Part shown: one piece after another, positions 32,241 to 42,000 of the stretch | Layout of the letters: every line of letters begins with the position of its first letter | Position numbering within the stretch: position 1 is the first letter of the stretch | NCBI GenBank assembly: GCA_963771885.1 | Contig: CAVYVF010000022.1 | Location: 288,001-352,000 of the forward strand | Direction of reading: 5' to 3' | Length of the DNA: 64,000 bases | DNA from: Candidatus Bathyarchaeota archaeon | GTDB lineage: Archaea; Thermoproteota; Bathyarchaeia; TCS64 | Made by a program: the position numbers and the translations under genes | The notes under the pieces: generated by a model | The model's input: only the letters and a program-made list of their open reading frames with translations | Databases searched by the model: none | Told to the model about the DNA's origin: nothing

Positions 32241-33252
32241 TTAGATCACTCCGGACAGCGCCACGATCGCCATCACTTGTAGGACGGCGAGGGGGGTAAG
32301 GTACTGCCACGCCCAGCGGAGCATCACGTCGATCCTGAATCTTGCAAACAACGCGCTCAGGTTGCTGAGGACGAGGACGCAGAGCGTGGTCTTTATTATG
32401 AACCAGACAATCGGGGGAAGGACGGGACCCGCGGGTCCGCCAAGGAACAGCGTCGTCAGTAGAGCCGATGCGAGCACGATCTTGACGTCGCGGCTTAGGG
32501 TAAGTAGAGCTAGCTTCTTTCCGCTATACTCGACCTGCCAGCCATGGACGATCTCAGTCTCGGCCTCGGCCATGTCGAATGGTCGCATCTCCGTCTCCGC
32601 GAGGAGACTGAGTATGCAGATGGCGAAACCGACGAACATTACGACGCCGAGCATTAAACCCCAGATATTCGGAGCTGCGATGAAGCTCTGGACGCTTGCC
32701 ACCTCCCAAGCGACGATGTTGCTTATACTCATACTCCCAGCCATGATGGCAGGGCCAAGGGCGAGGAGAACCAGGGGAATCTCGTATGCGAGAGTCGCGA
32801 GCGCGACCCTTGTCGCACCGACTGCGCCGAAGGCGTTGGAGCTACTCCAGCCCGCGAGGAAGATGTTGAGGACTATTAGACTGAGTATGAGAAGGACGAT
32901 TACTAAGGTCACCCTCGAAGCTGACTATGGGCGTGTATGCGTAGAGGTTAGTAATTGACTGGATAGGCATGAGGAAGACGGCGGAAAGCGAGAGGGCGAA
33001 GATGATAACAGGTGCCCCGATGAAGAGCGCCCTGTTCGCCGCACTAGGAGTGATATCCTCCTTTGCGAGCAGCTTTACGATGTCAGCGAAGGGCTGTAGT
33101 AGGCCAAAGGCTCCGGTGTGCATCGGGCCCCTCCTGTTCTGAAGGCGCGCAACTGTCTTCCGGCTCAGCCAGTTGCACCAGAGGGCGTAGGCTATGATGA
33201 ATAACGCCCCGGGGAACACCACTATGCTGATTATGTCACTTATTTCGACCAT
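32241..33252 (-). CDS. NuoH-like membrane subunit, frameshifted near 32908
   Basis: ARLQNRRGP, GLLQPFADIVKLLAKE, PFDMAEAETE, EYSG and RFRID motifs. Confidence 0.9.
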
Positions 33253-34432
33253 CTGCGTACCACCTGATTGAGTATCTCCTAAGTTCGTCGTCCGTCATGT
33301 CCCAGGTCTTCTCCTTGTGCTCATCAACGAAGACCATGCGGTCGGTGCAGCTAAAGCAGGGGTCTATGCCCGCAAGAACGATGGGGATGTCAGCGATGTA
33401 CCCGCCCTTGAGCTTGACCGCTAGGCTGGGGATATTCGCCATTGTCGGAGCCCTGATCTTGTATCGGTAAGGCTTGTTGTCGCCCTTGCTGCAGAGGTAG
33501 TGGATGTCCTCGCCGCGCTGCGCCTCGATCATGTTGACCGCCTCACCCTCGGGGACCTTTTGCAGGGGACTAAACTTCTCCCTGATCGGGCCTTCGGGTA
33601 GGTGATCGAGGACGTACTTGCATATCTTCACACTCTCGACTAACTCGCCGACGCGGACCACGACGTTACCTAGGACGTCACCGCTCTCCGCGGTAATGAC
33701 CTTCCAGTCGGGGATCTCATCGTATGCGAGGTAGGAGTTGTCGCGTCTGGTATCCTTGTTTACGCCGCTGGCACGTGCATGTGGACCGCAACCGCATAGG
33801 CGGATCATGTCCGCCTTGCTACAGTATCCTACACCGCTTGCCCTGTTGATGATTGTTGACTCGGACACGGCGATGTTCGTATAGAATACAGTGCGCTCGG
33901 CAAGTATGTCGAGCATCTTCTGGAACTTTGGGATCTTATCGGCGGGGATATCCCTGCGGACGCCCCCGATAGCGTTCCAAGCGTAGTTGACCCTATTCCC
34001 GCTGATCTCTTCGAGTATGTCGAGGACGACCTCGCGGTCGCGCCAGACGTAGTAGAACAGGGTGTCGAAGCCGATCTCATGAGCGGCGACGCCGACCCAG
34101 AGGAGGTGACTGTGTATTCTCTCAAGCTCGTGGACGAGGGTCCTGAGCCACTTCGCCCTAGGGGGGATGGTTATCCCTGCGACGTCCTCCACGTTTATCG
34201 CGAAGAGCGTCTGGTGGGCGTTACTACAGATACCACATACCCTCTCGGCTAGGTAGAGACCCTGTATGTACGTGCGGGCTTCGAACGCCTTCTCGATGCC
34301 CCTGTGGTTGTAGCCCAAGCGTGGCTCGACGTCGACGACTACTTCGCCGTCGACCTTGAAGAGGAAGCTCGCTGGCTCCTTTAGCGCTGGGTGTTGCGGG
34401 CCGATTGGTATGCTGAATTCTGTTCCGCTCAT
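33236..34432 (-). CDS. group 4 [NiFe]-hydrogenase large subunit (NuoD homolog)
   Basis: L1 ERVCGICSNAH and L2 DPCFSCTDR supply all four Ni-binding Cys; cleavable C-terminal extension. Confidence 0.93.
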   Translation of the reverse strand: MSGTEFSIPIGPQHPALKEPASFLFKVDGEVVVDVEPRLGYNHRGIEKAFEARTYIQGLYLAERVCGICSNAHQTLFAINVEDVAGITIPPRAKWLRTLVHELERIHSHLLWVGVAAHEIGFDTLFYYVWRDREVVLDILEEISGNRVNYAWNAIGGVRRDIPADKIPKFQKMLDILAERTVFYTNIAVSESTIINRASGVGYCSKADMIRLCGCGPHARASGVNKDTRRDNSYLAYDEIPDWKVITAESGDVLGNVVVRVGELVESVKICKYVLDHLPEGPIREKFSPLQKVPEGEAVNMIEAQRGEDIHYLCSKGDNKPYRYKIRAPTMANIPSLAVKLKGGYIADIPIVLAGIDPCFSCTDRMVFVDEHKEKTWDMTDDELRRYSIRWYADGRNK

Positions 34433-34920
34433 GTCCATTCCTCCCCGTCAACTGCCTTTCTGAGAGACTTTACATCCCATTTCTTGAGAAGCGGGAAGAC
34501 TCCCTCGGGCCACTCCTCGGTCATGAGGAGCCTCTTCGGGTTGGGGTGACCTTCGGCGACTATGCCGACGAGGTCGTAGATCTCCCTCTCGAAGATTGTT
34601 GCGCCGTTGATTATGGGCGTGATTGATGGGACCACCGGCTTGTCCGCTGGGACTCTCACCTTGATAGTGAAGATGAGGTTGGGGCGGTTGAAGTGATAGT
34701 TTACCTCCCTCTCCTCCCCGTAGTCTACCGCGGTAATCGTGGAGAGATGGAATAGGCCCTCCTTCTCCTTAATGTAGGTGACAGCATCGATCAGTTTATC
34801 GGTCTTTAGGGTGACCCAGTAGCGCTTATCCTTGGGGGCCTTGGAGTTGATTACGTTCTCTGTGCCGATCGCCTCGGTGAACCTCTCAATCGTCTTCTTG
34901 TTATCCTCAACGTAACTCAA
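34429..34920 (-). CDS. NuoC-like subunit
   Basis: LSTITAVD, VPSIT, FEREIYDLVGI..EGHP and PL motifs. Confidence 0.88.
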   Translation of the reverse strand: MSYVEDNKKTIERFTEAIGTENVINSKAPKDKRYWVTLKTDKLIDAVTYIKEKEGLFHLSTITAVDYGEEREVNYHFNRPNLIFTIKVRVPADKPVVPSITPIINGATIFEREIYDLVGIVAEGHPNPKRLLMTEEWPEGVFPLLKKWDVKSLRKAVDGEEWT

Positions 34921-34930
34921 TCAATTCACC

Positions 34931-35350
34931 TCAGTACCCCGCACTCGTCAAGAGTTTTACCACGCCGTCGAGGATGGCCTCGGGTTTCGGCGGGCAACCC
35001 ACGACGTATGCGTTGACCGGTATCACCTTGTCGACACCCTCCATTACGTTGTAGCAGTCCTGGAAGGTACCGCCCGTGTTAGCGCAACTTCCTACCGCTA
35101 CGACGAATTTTGGCTCAGGCATCTGGTCGTAAATCCTCTTGAGCCTACTCTTCAGCTTCCGGGAGACAGAGCCCGAGACGACGAGTACGTCCGCGTGTCG
35201 GGGGGTTCCCTTCAGCACACCGCCGAAGCGCTCGACGTCGAATCGAGGCGTCAATACCGCGACGATCTCTATGTCACAGGCGTTGCATGCGGCGCCGTTG
35301 AAGTGTATCAGCCAAGGGGAGCGAGTTCTAGCCCATGTTATAAGGCCCAT
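34931..35350 (-). CDS. hydrogenase small subunit (NuoB homolog)
   Basis: CNACDIE, DVERFG, PRHAD, GSCA and GCPP [4Fe-4S] ligands. Confidence 0.92.
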   Translation of the reverse strand: MGLITWARTRSPWLIHFNGAACNACDIEIVAVLTPRFDVERFGGVLKGTPRHADVLVVSGSVSRKLKSRLKRIYDQMPEPKFVVAVGSCANTGGTFQDCYNVMEGVDKVIPVNAYVVGCPPKPEAILDGVVKLLTSAGY

Positions 35351-35352
35351 CT

Positions 35353-35688
35353 CTATTTCCTCCACTTCGCCGAGAGTATGACAATGGACACAAGCGACGC
35401 TGCCGCGTATGTCAGCGGGAGCATCACGTTAGCCGGTCTGGCGAGCGTCGTCGCTAAAACGAAGCCCAATACGTCAAAGATCATAAAGTATACCGCGTAT
35501 ACGAAGAAGTTCTCGACGTTGACCCTAACCTTGGTGGGCGTTACATCCTCACCACAGGCGTAGGGCGCCAGCTTGCCGGGTGTGTCCGGACTCTTGGGTG
35601 CGATGTCGTTGCCTATCGCCATGATGATGAGGGCGATGGCTACGGCTACAACCAAAATCACTGCGAATCCGGTAAGACCTTCAAGCAA
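35353..35688 (-). CDS. NuoA-like membrane subunit
   Basis: KLAPYACGE loop, F.IFD, three TM helices. Confidence 0.85.
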   Translation of the reverse strand: MLEGLTGFAVILVVAVAIALIIMAIGNDIAPKSPDTPGKLAPYACGEDVTPTKVRVNVENFFVYAVYFMIFDVLGFVLATTLARPANVMLPLTYAAASLVSIVILSAKWRK

Positions 35689-35720
35689 TTCGGTCCCTCA
35701 AACCTTCGTTTGGTTGCGGG

Positions 35721-35733
35721 ATATAAACTTTCA
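35721..35733 (-). promoter_or_regulatory. putative BRE/TATA box of the hydrogenase operon
   Basis: Minus strand GAAAGTTTATAT about 33 nt upstream of the nuoA-like TTG. Confidence 0.55.
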
Positions 35734-35807
35734 TGGTTGATAAGAATTGTCATTTCTAACCTATAATATGAAGGAAAATAATCGTTAATTACTCAAAATT
35801 CTTGCAG

Positions 35808-36293
35808 TCACTTGGCTAGCAATTCCTCTAGCATCTTCGCTAATTCTCTAGCACCCTTCTCTACGCTAGGCGTTAATCCCTCACCCATTTCAATATTCGC
35901 ACCTTGTATCCCTACGAGAACGACCTTATCGCATATCGTCTGCTTGACGTACCCGATGAATACGTGGAGAGGTAAGCTATGAGTGGAGACCGAGATGTTA
36001 GCTATCGACTTCGGGGGGACGATACGAGCCTCGCCGGGGGCGCCTCCGAAATTAGCCGCGTCGAGGAGGACCACGTGTGTGGGTTCAAAACTCCTTATGG
36101 ATCCGGTGTAACTCTCAGGCACCGTCTCCGTTGGGAGGAGTAGAACATTTTCGGGCGTCGTCCCAGAGAGCAGTTCTAGCACCCTGAGCCCGACGAAGTC
36201 GTCGCGGCGCATTGGACTCCCGATGCCAACTATGACAACGCGCCTGCCCTCGGCGCTGCCAAGGAAGACACTGAGCTCCCCTCTTAGAGACAA
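35808..36293 (-). CDS. hydrogenase maturation endopeptidase (HycI-like)
   Basis: GIGSPMRRDDFVG, TVPE, LLDAA and STH motifs; adjacent to the hydrogenase operon. Confidence 0.88.
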   Translation of the reverse strand: MSLRGELSVFLGSAEGRRVVIVGIGSPMRRDDFVGLRVLELLSGTTPENVLLLPTETVPESYTGSIRSFEPTHVVLLDAANFGGAPGEARIVPPKSIANISVSTHSLPLHVFIGYVKQTICDKVVLVGIQGANIEMGEGLTPSVEKGARELAKMLEELLAK

Positions 36294-36325
36294 TACATTA
36301 TTGAGAGGTGGAATAGGTTTAAAAT

Positions 36326-37378
36326 TTACTCGATTTTAGTGTCAGTTATTTTCTCATAGATTTTCACAGCATCTAACCTAGACTCCGCGCCTTCAAAGAC
36401 TGCTACACCGGTGGCGAAGACGCTCCCCGTCAACCCCTTAGCCCCTTCGAGGGTCAATCCAAGCCGAGTTTTCTGTGTTTTCAGAAGCCTTGAGTCATCG
36501 AGGCGTCGCTCAATCGCGTCGAGGTTGAGACCCGCGAGTGACCTTGGCGTGATTATGAACACTCGCTTACCAGCTCTTCCACATACCTCCTCGACGGCGT
36601 CGCTCTCAGCGTGTCTACGTTCCCCAAATCCACAGACGCCGCAGGATTCTGCCTTAGCGAGGTCAATCCGCTCCATGCTCAAGTCACCTAGGTCGAAGTA
36701 TAGGAGCTTGCCCGCAAGGTTCGGCTTCTTACCGAGGATGAGTCTGACAGCCTCAGAGACTTGTATGCTTGCGATGACGCTTATCGCCGGGGGCATCACA
36801 CCCACCGTGGCGCAAGTCGGGACGTTTGCCTCGTCGACGCCCCCCTGCCAGCACTCGAGACATGGCGTTTCCCCTGGTATTATCGTGGAGACGTTGCCGA
36901 CGTACGTAATGACAGCCCCAAAGATGTAGGGCACGCCTTGCTCAACGCAAGCCCTGTTCAGGGCCATCCTCGGCGTGAACCTGTCCAAGCCATCGACGAC
37001 GATGTCTATATCCTCCACGAGTTTGCCCGCGGTACGCTCGTTGACCGACACGGGGATCGCCTCAACCTCGATGAAAGGATTCACTTTTCTCAGTCGAAGC
37101 TCAGCCGCTTCCACCTTAGGGTAGCCGACAACATCAACTCCGTAAAGGTGCTGTCTCTGTAGGTTACTCATCTCTACAATGTCCCTGTCGGCGAGGCGGA
37201 GGAAGCCGACGCCCATGGAGGCGAGTTGGACGGAGAGTTGGCAGCCGAGGCCGCCGACGCCCGCCACAAGTATGCGTGCGTTCCTCAGCTTACTCTGCCC
37301 ATTAGTCCCGATCTCAGAGAGCACTAGCTGACGCGAATAGTAGGCGAGTTCGTCCTTACTGAAGTCGTGGGGCGCCAT
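36326..37378 (-). CDS. ThiF/MoeB/E1-like adenylyltransferase
   Basis: YSRQ, GVGGLG, D.VEMSNLQRQ, PCLEC, TCATVG and CGVC motifs. Confidence 0.9.
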   Translation of the reverse strand: MAPHDFSKDELAYYSRQLVLSEIGTNGQSKLRNARILVAGVGGLGCQLSVQLASMGVGFLRLADRDIVEMSNLQRQHLYGVDVVGYPKVEAAELRLRKVNPFIEVEAIPVSVNERTAGKLVEDIDIVVDGLDRFTPRMALNRACVEQGVPYIFGAVITYVGNVSTIIPGETPCLECWQGGVDEANVPTCATVGVMPPAISVIASIQVSEAVRLILGKKPNLAGKLLYFDLGDLSMERIDLAKAESCGVCGFGERRHAESDAVEEVCGRAGKRVFIITPRSLAGLNLDAIERRLDDSRLLKTQKTRLGLTLEGAKGLTGSVFATGVAVFEGAESRLDAVKIYEKITDTKIE

Positions 37379-37415
37379 AGGTAATGCGAGACACCACTAG
37401 CTGAAAAGAATAAGC

Positions 37416-38252
37416 CTAGAGGAGCATGAAAACGATGAGCGGCGTCAAGCCGAGGAATATGGGGGCGGGTAGACCCGCTATTACGCCCCTCCTGTTAAGC
37501 AGCCATAGGTTGAGAGTCATTCCCACCCCGATCAAGGCAAGTGTAGCGAGGAGCACACCGTCGCCGTAGTAAGCCTCAACGTGTGCGGGGAGGAATGAGT
37601 AGAAAACGAGTTCACCCATACCAACCTCAACACGCTCGCCCACGTAGCTTAGACGTGCCGACCCCGAACGTCTCTCACCGAAGCCCCTCACAACATCCAG
37701 CACCCATCGCGTGTTCAGAAGCACTAAGTCGAAGACCGACACGACGACCAACATCACGATCAGCGACACCGTCGGCAGTAGAAGACTGACGAAAGAGCCG
37801 AGAAGCGCCCCGTAGACTATGAATATTGAGTTCCTCACCCGCGGCGAGAAAACGTTTCCAATGATGAATATCATAGAGAAGACGGATACATAGAGGGAGA
37901 CGAGGACGATGATACTCGTCATCCATGATGAGACGGCCTTCGCCACGACCATGAGAACGGTCTGGCTAACGATTATGACGAGTATTGCTGAGGTAGGGGC
38001 GACGACGAGGGCTATGAGCACACGCGCCTCGAACCCCCTACGGCGCCATGCGAGCCAGTAAAGGATAACAACGCCGAGCAGCCCGGCGAGCGTGAGTGAG
38101 ACCGTCCATACAATCTGCTCCCCTACGCCTGGTCCATCGCCCGGTATTGTCAGACCCATGCCACCGATGAGGAAAAGCCGCACAAAACCGAGAGAAATAA
38201 CTAGACAAGACACGATAGGGGAGAGGTAGTCGAGGACGATCCTTCTATCCAA
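37416..38252 (-). CDS. presenilin-like intramembrane protease homolog (GxGD changed to GMGE)
   Basis: LPTVSLIVMLVVVSVFD, VGMGELVFYSFL and AGLPAPIFLG correspond to presenilin TM6, TM7 and the PAL region. Confidence 0.65.
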   Translation of the reverse strand: MDRRIVLDYLSPIVSCLVISLGFVRLFLIGGMGLTIPGDGPGVGEQIVWTVSLTLAGLLGVVILYWLAWRRRGFEARVLIALVVAPTSAILVIIVSQTVLMVVAKAVSSWMTSIIVLVSLYVSVFSMIFIIGNVFSPRVRNSIFIVYGALLGSFVSLLLPTVSLIVMLVVVSVFDLVLLNTRWVLDVVRGFGERRSGSARLSYVGERVEVGMGELVFYSFLPAHVEAYYGDGVLLATLALIGVGMTLNLWLLNRRGVIAGLPAPIFLGLTPLIVFMLL

Positions 38253-38802
38253 GTCTGCTCCTCTCTGCCCTCAAGCCGTACTCATGAACCACACGCCTCC
38301 CCCGCTCATCCTCCGAAACGAGAGCATACCGGGAGACCCTAACACAATTACCCTGCTCCCAGTTACGGATGTAGACTGTAAAGGCGATCTGGAAACCCGA
38401 GAAACCAATGATTATACCGACGAGCGCGCCGATGAAGAACTGGGGAGAGACGAATAGTATAAGCAATGGAGCTGCGAGTAGCACAGTGAGGAGCGAGAAG
38501 AGTGGGAAAAACCTGTCCAGCCCATTCCCCGCCTTCACTTTAACCACACCCTCTCCCGCGAGTATGCGGGCCATCCCTGTAAACTCCGTGTACTGGGGGA
38601 AGATAGTCACGCTGAAGACAAGCGACGCGAAGACTACCGCGACCATCGCCTGCACCGTAACATCCCCCGACGAGAACATTACTAAGATCGCCAGCGCCGT
38701 AAAAAGCAGTCCAGCCGAGAAAAACGGCTGCAAACGAGAACCTGGATACGGCCTCTTCTCTATCCATGTACCGTCTCCAAGCCGTTTCTCAGACAGATCC
38801 AT
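38245..38802 (-). CDS. hypothetical membrane protein
   Basis: About 4 TM segments; stop overlaps the start region of the presenilin-like gene. Confidence 0.65.
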   Translation of the reverse strand: MDLSEKRLGDGTWIEKRPYPGSRLQPFFSAGLLFTALAILVMFSSGDVTVQAMVAVVFASLVFSVTIFPQYTEFTGMARILAGEGVVKVKAGNGLDRFFPLFSLLTVLLAAPLLILFVSPQFFIGALVGIIIGFSGFQIAFTVYIRNWEQGNCVRVSRYALVSEDERGRRVVHEYGLRAERSRLG

Positions 38803-38874
38803 ACACCACCATAGATTGAGGCCCCTAAATTATCAGAGGCAATTGATAAATATATTCGGATTCCCCTCATCTAA

Positions 38875-40971
38875 ATGAGGATTATGAAGAGTACAAATTT
38901 ATCGATCTTGAAATCGTTGGTAATCGCCACGCTAATCCTTTTATCGGTGGTAATCACACCCGCGGCCCAGGCGGGAGTACCATCGAGTGTCGGTGAATTA
39001 CAGGGACCATACTTCCGGGAGCTCCGGTTCAAGATATACGCCACCTCCGAGGCGGAGACGTCGGGCCTCCTCTCAGGTGACGTCGACGTCGTCGACTTCT
39101 TCGAGGCGGAGCAGATACCCGATATCCAGGCGGGTTTGGACTCGGGCGATCTAGCTACAGTTCAGAACGCCGAGCAGGGTATGTGGGGATTCAGTCTCCA
39201 GTGCGAAAGGTACCCACTCGATAAGGTCGAGTTTAGGCGCGCGATAGCCTATCTCTGTGACAAGGAGAAGTACGTCAGGGAGGGCCTGCAAGGCCTCGGC
39301 TATAAGCTTGAGACCTTCCTCGGCTCGCCAGGATACGGCGTCTGGAGTGGGACATCATACACGACATTCGACTTCAACCCCACAGCAGCCGCCGCGCTGC
39401 TCGACAGCATAGGGTTCACTCTCGGCGAGGATGGCAAACGCATCGACCCCCTGACGGGAACGACGATGAGACCTCTTGTGATTCTCGCCCGCACCGAGCA
39501 TCCCCACAGGATATTCGCTGCCCGGGAGCTGGCCGCTCAGTTTGACGCAGTCGGCATCCCCTACAATCTACAGGAGGTACCTCGCTCTGTAGCCTCGCCC
39601 CTCGTCTTTAACGAACAGGATTATGACATCTACACAGCGGGCTGGGGTGGCGGACCTGATGTGGACTGGCTCTACGACCTCTTTTACTCCACCTCGCCTC
39701 CCTCTCAAAACTTCCAGCTATTCAAGAACGCTACGGTCGACGCAGCTCTTGAGCAGCTGAAGTACGGCACGACCAGGGAGGAGGCCCTTGAAGGTGCGCA
39801 GCTCGCACAGCAGTACCTATCCGAACAACTGCCCTTCATACCGCTATACGCGAAGGCCTATCTCTCTCCCTACAATGCGAGGCTGACGGGTGTTGTCGAC
39901 CTCCCCTGGTGGAGCGGCGTAACAAATGCGGTTACTTTCACTGTCGCTACTGACAAGACGACAAAGTTTGGCTCAGTACTGAACATAGGGTGGACCTCCG
40001 ACCCACAGCAGCCCAGTCCCATGTACGAGATCAACTGGTGGTGGGACACGATGCTTAACAACGTCCTCTATGACACCCCGATAACCCTCGACCCGACGAC
40101 CTTCGCAGAGCTCCCATGGCTAGCGTCGAGCTGGGAGACAGAGCCATGGACTGCTCCCAACGGTATATCCGGTACGAAGATCACATTCCATCTCAACTCC
40201 GGTGTGAAGTGGCACGATGGCCGCTCGCTGACGGCGGAGGATGTCGTTTTCACTTGGGATTATGCACAACAGCAGCAGAACCCTGTCTACATCAGCTACC
40301 TGACCAGTTACGTCAACGGCGAGGCACCCGATGCGACGACAGCGGTTGCATACATGAACACTACAAGCTACTGGGCTCTACATTGGGTCGGTACAAACAT
40401 CCCGATAATCCCCAAGCACATCTGGCAGAACATCGAAGACTCTGTTACCTATCAGCCAGTCAGTGAGGGAAACCTCATCGGTAGTGGTCCATACATCTTC
40501 AAGGAGTACAAGCCCGGCGAGTACGTCATAGTAACCGCCAACCCCAACTACTTCCTGAAGCCCTCTGACAGCACTCTGAGCTTCACACAGGTCTCGATGA
40601 CGCAGGGTGAGACCAAAGTATATACCTCCAATCCCGCGATCTACGATGGCACCCCGGTGATCAATGGAACTTACACGATAACCGTCGCCAGTGCTGGAAC
40701 GACCATCAAGACGTTCACAGGCACAGCAAAGCCGGACGGTACGTACACCGCTACTCTCGATACAAAGGACCTAGCACCCGGCACTTATGACATGTTCGTC
40801 GAGCTCGCCGTCAAGGTCGGCGTAGTCGGCATAGGCAGCTTCGACGAGTACAGGCTAACTGTAGCCGAGAAGCCAGTGGACTATGTCCTCTACGGAGGCA
40901 TACTCGCCGCAATTGTGGTGGTCGTCGCCGCTGGCTACATGGTTCTAAGGCGCAGGAAGCCACAGCCGTAA
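38875..40971 (+). CDS. oligopeptide ABC transporter substrate-binding protein (family 5, membrane-anchored)
   Basis: Signal peptide; FRRAI, KWHDG..LTAEDVVFT and GSGPY motifs; C-terminal TM plus basic tail. Confidence 0.88.
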   Translation: MRIMKSTNLSILKSLVIATLILLSVVITPAAQAGVPSSVGELQGPYFRELRFKIYATSEAETSGLLSGDVDVVDFFEAEQIPDIQAGLDSGDLATVQNAEQGMWGFSLQCERYPLDKVEFRRAIAYLCDKEKYVREGLQGLGYKLETFLGSPGYGVWSGTSYTTFDFNPTAAAALLDSIGFTLGEDGKRIDPLTGTTMRPLVILARTEHPHRIFAARELAAQFDAVGIPYNLQEVPRSVASPLVFNEQDYDIYTAGWGGGPDVDWLYDLFYSTSPPSQNFQLFKNATVDAALEQLKYGTTREEALEGAQLAQQYLSEQLPFIPLYAKAYLSPYNARLTGVVDLPWWSGVTNAVTFTVATDKTTKFGSVLNIGWTSDPQQPSPMYEINWWWDTMLNNVLYDTPITLDPTTFAELPWLASSWETEPWTAPNGISGTKITFHLNSGVKWHDGRSLTAEDVVFTWDYAQQQQNPVYISYLTSYVNGEAPDATTAVAYMNTTSYWALHWVGTNIPIIPKHIWQNIEDSVTYQPVSEGNLIGSGPYIFKEYKPGEYVIVTANPNYFLKPSDSTLSFTQVSMTQGETKVYTSNPAIYDGTPVINGTYTITVASAGTTIKTFTGTAKPDGTYTATLDTKDLAPGTYDMFVELAVKVGVVGIGSFDEYRLTVAEKPVDYVLYGGILAAIVVVVAAGYMVLRRRKPQP

Positions 40972-40975
40972 ACCC

Positions 40976-40988
40976 GCCCCCTTTTTCT
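40976..40988 (+). terminator. possible T-tract terminator/attenuator after the binding-protein gene
   Basis: CCCCCTTTTTTC directly after the stop codon. Confidence 0.35.
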
Positions 40989-41028
40989 ACTACGGAGCCC
41001 AGTATCACCCAGTGTCGGGGGTGCAAGT

Positions 41029-42000
41029 ATGGGCTTCCCAACCTTCCTAGCGAAGAAGATAGTCTTCGCAATCGTGACCATCCTGATTATCATGACGCTC
41101 AACTTCGCTATATTCAGGCTCATGCCTGGCGACCCGATAGCGATGCTCGCTGACCAGATTAGGCTCAGACCTGAGCAGGTGGCACGACTCTACGAACTCT
41201 TCGGCCTTGATAAGCCACTCTGGGAGCAGTACATCTCCTACATGAGCCAGACGCTGCAGGGCTTTCTCGGCTACAGTTACTACACGCAGCACCCCGTGAC
41301 ACAGGATATAATGGACAGGCTCCCGAATACGCTTCTCCTAGTCGGTGTATCGACGATAGTCTCGATCGTCATCGGGATGGTTGTGGGAATAGTCGCGGCG
41401 GCGAGAAGGGGCAGCGCCGTAGACATAGGTGCGATCAGCTTCGGTTTCCTCGGCAACTCCGTGCCCACGTTTTGGCTCGGGCTGCTGCTGTTGCTGATAT
41501 TCGGGGTAAACTTGCAGTGGTTCCCGCTCAGGGGTACCACGAGCGTGCCCGCTCCGACTGAGCCGATAGCCCTTGTCGTGGACATACTCTGGCATATGGC
41601 TTTGCCCACGCTAGTGCTCGTCATCATCCAGTTCGGCGGATTCGCCCTCGTCATGAGGGCTGCGATGATGGATGTCCTCACCGAGGACTATATAACACTC
41701 GCAAGGGCGAAAGGAGTCGACGAGCGCAACGTCCTCTACAAGCACGCTCTGAGAAACGCGATGCTTCCGATGGTTACTGTCATCGCGCTCGCCTTCGGTT
41801 TTACTCTTAGTGGCGCACTCCTCACTGAGACGGTCTTCTCATGGTATGGGTTGGGGAGGTATATCTGGGACGCCATAGTTAGACAGGACTTCCCAGCCCT
41901 CCAGGGCATCTTCTTTATTATTTCCGTCATGGTTGTCGCGGCAAACCTCGTCGCCGATATAATCTATGGGTTCCTCGACCCAAGGGTCAAACACGAGTAG
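41029..42000 (+). CDS. oligopeptide ABC permease (OppB/DppB)
   Basis: PGDP, EDYITLARAKG..HALRNA, ETVF and DPR motifs. Confidence 0.92.
   Translation: MGFPTFLAKKIVFAIVTILIIMTLNFAIFRLMPGDPIAMLADQIRLRPEQVARLYELFGLDKPLWEQYISYMSQTLQGFLGYSYYTQHPVTQDIMDRLPNTLLLVGVSTIVSIVIGMVVGIVAAARRGSAVDIGAISFGFLGNSVPTFWLGLLLLLIFGVNLQWFPLRGTTSVPAPTEPIALVVDILWHMALPTLVLVIIQFGGFALVMRAAMMDVLTEDYITLARAKGVDERNVLYKHALRNAMLPMVTVIALAFGFTLSGALLTETVFSWYGLGRYIWDAIVRQDFPALQGIFFIISVMVVAANLVADIIYGFLDPRVKHE

Noticed and set aside
33236..34432. Sulfane reductase MBS/Mbx, quinone-reducing NuoD, or selenocysteine hydrogenase
   Set aside because: Both CxxC Ni-binding motifs are complete and Cys-encoded, and a maturation protease gene is adjacent.
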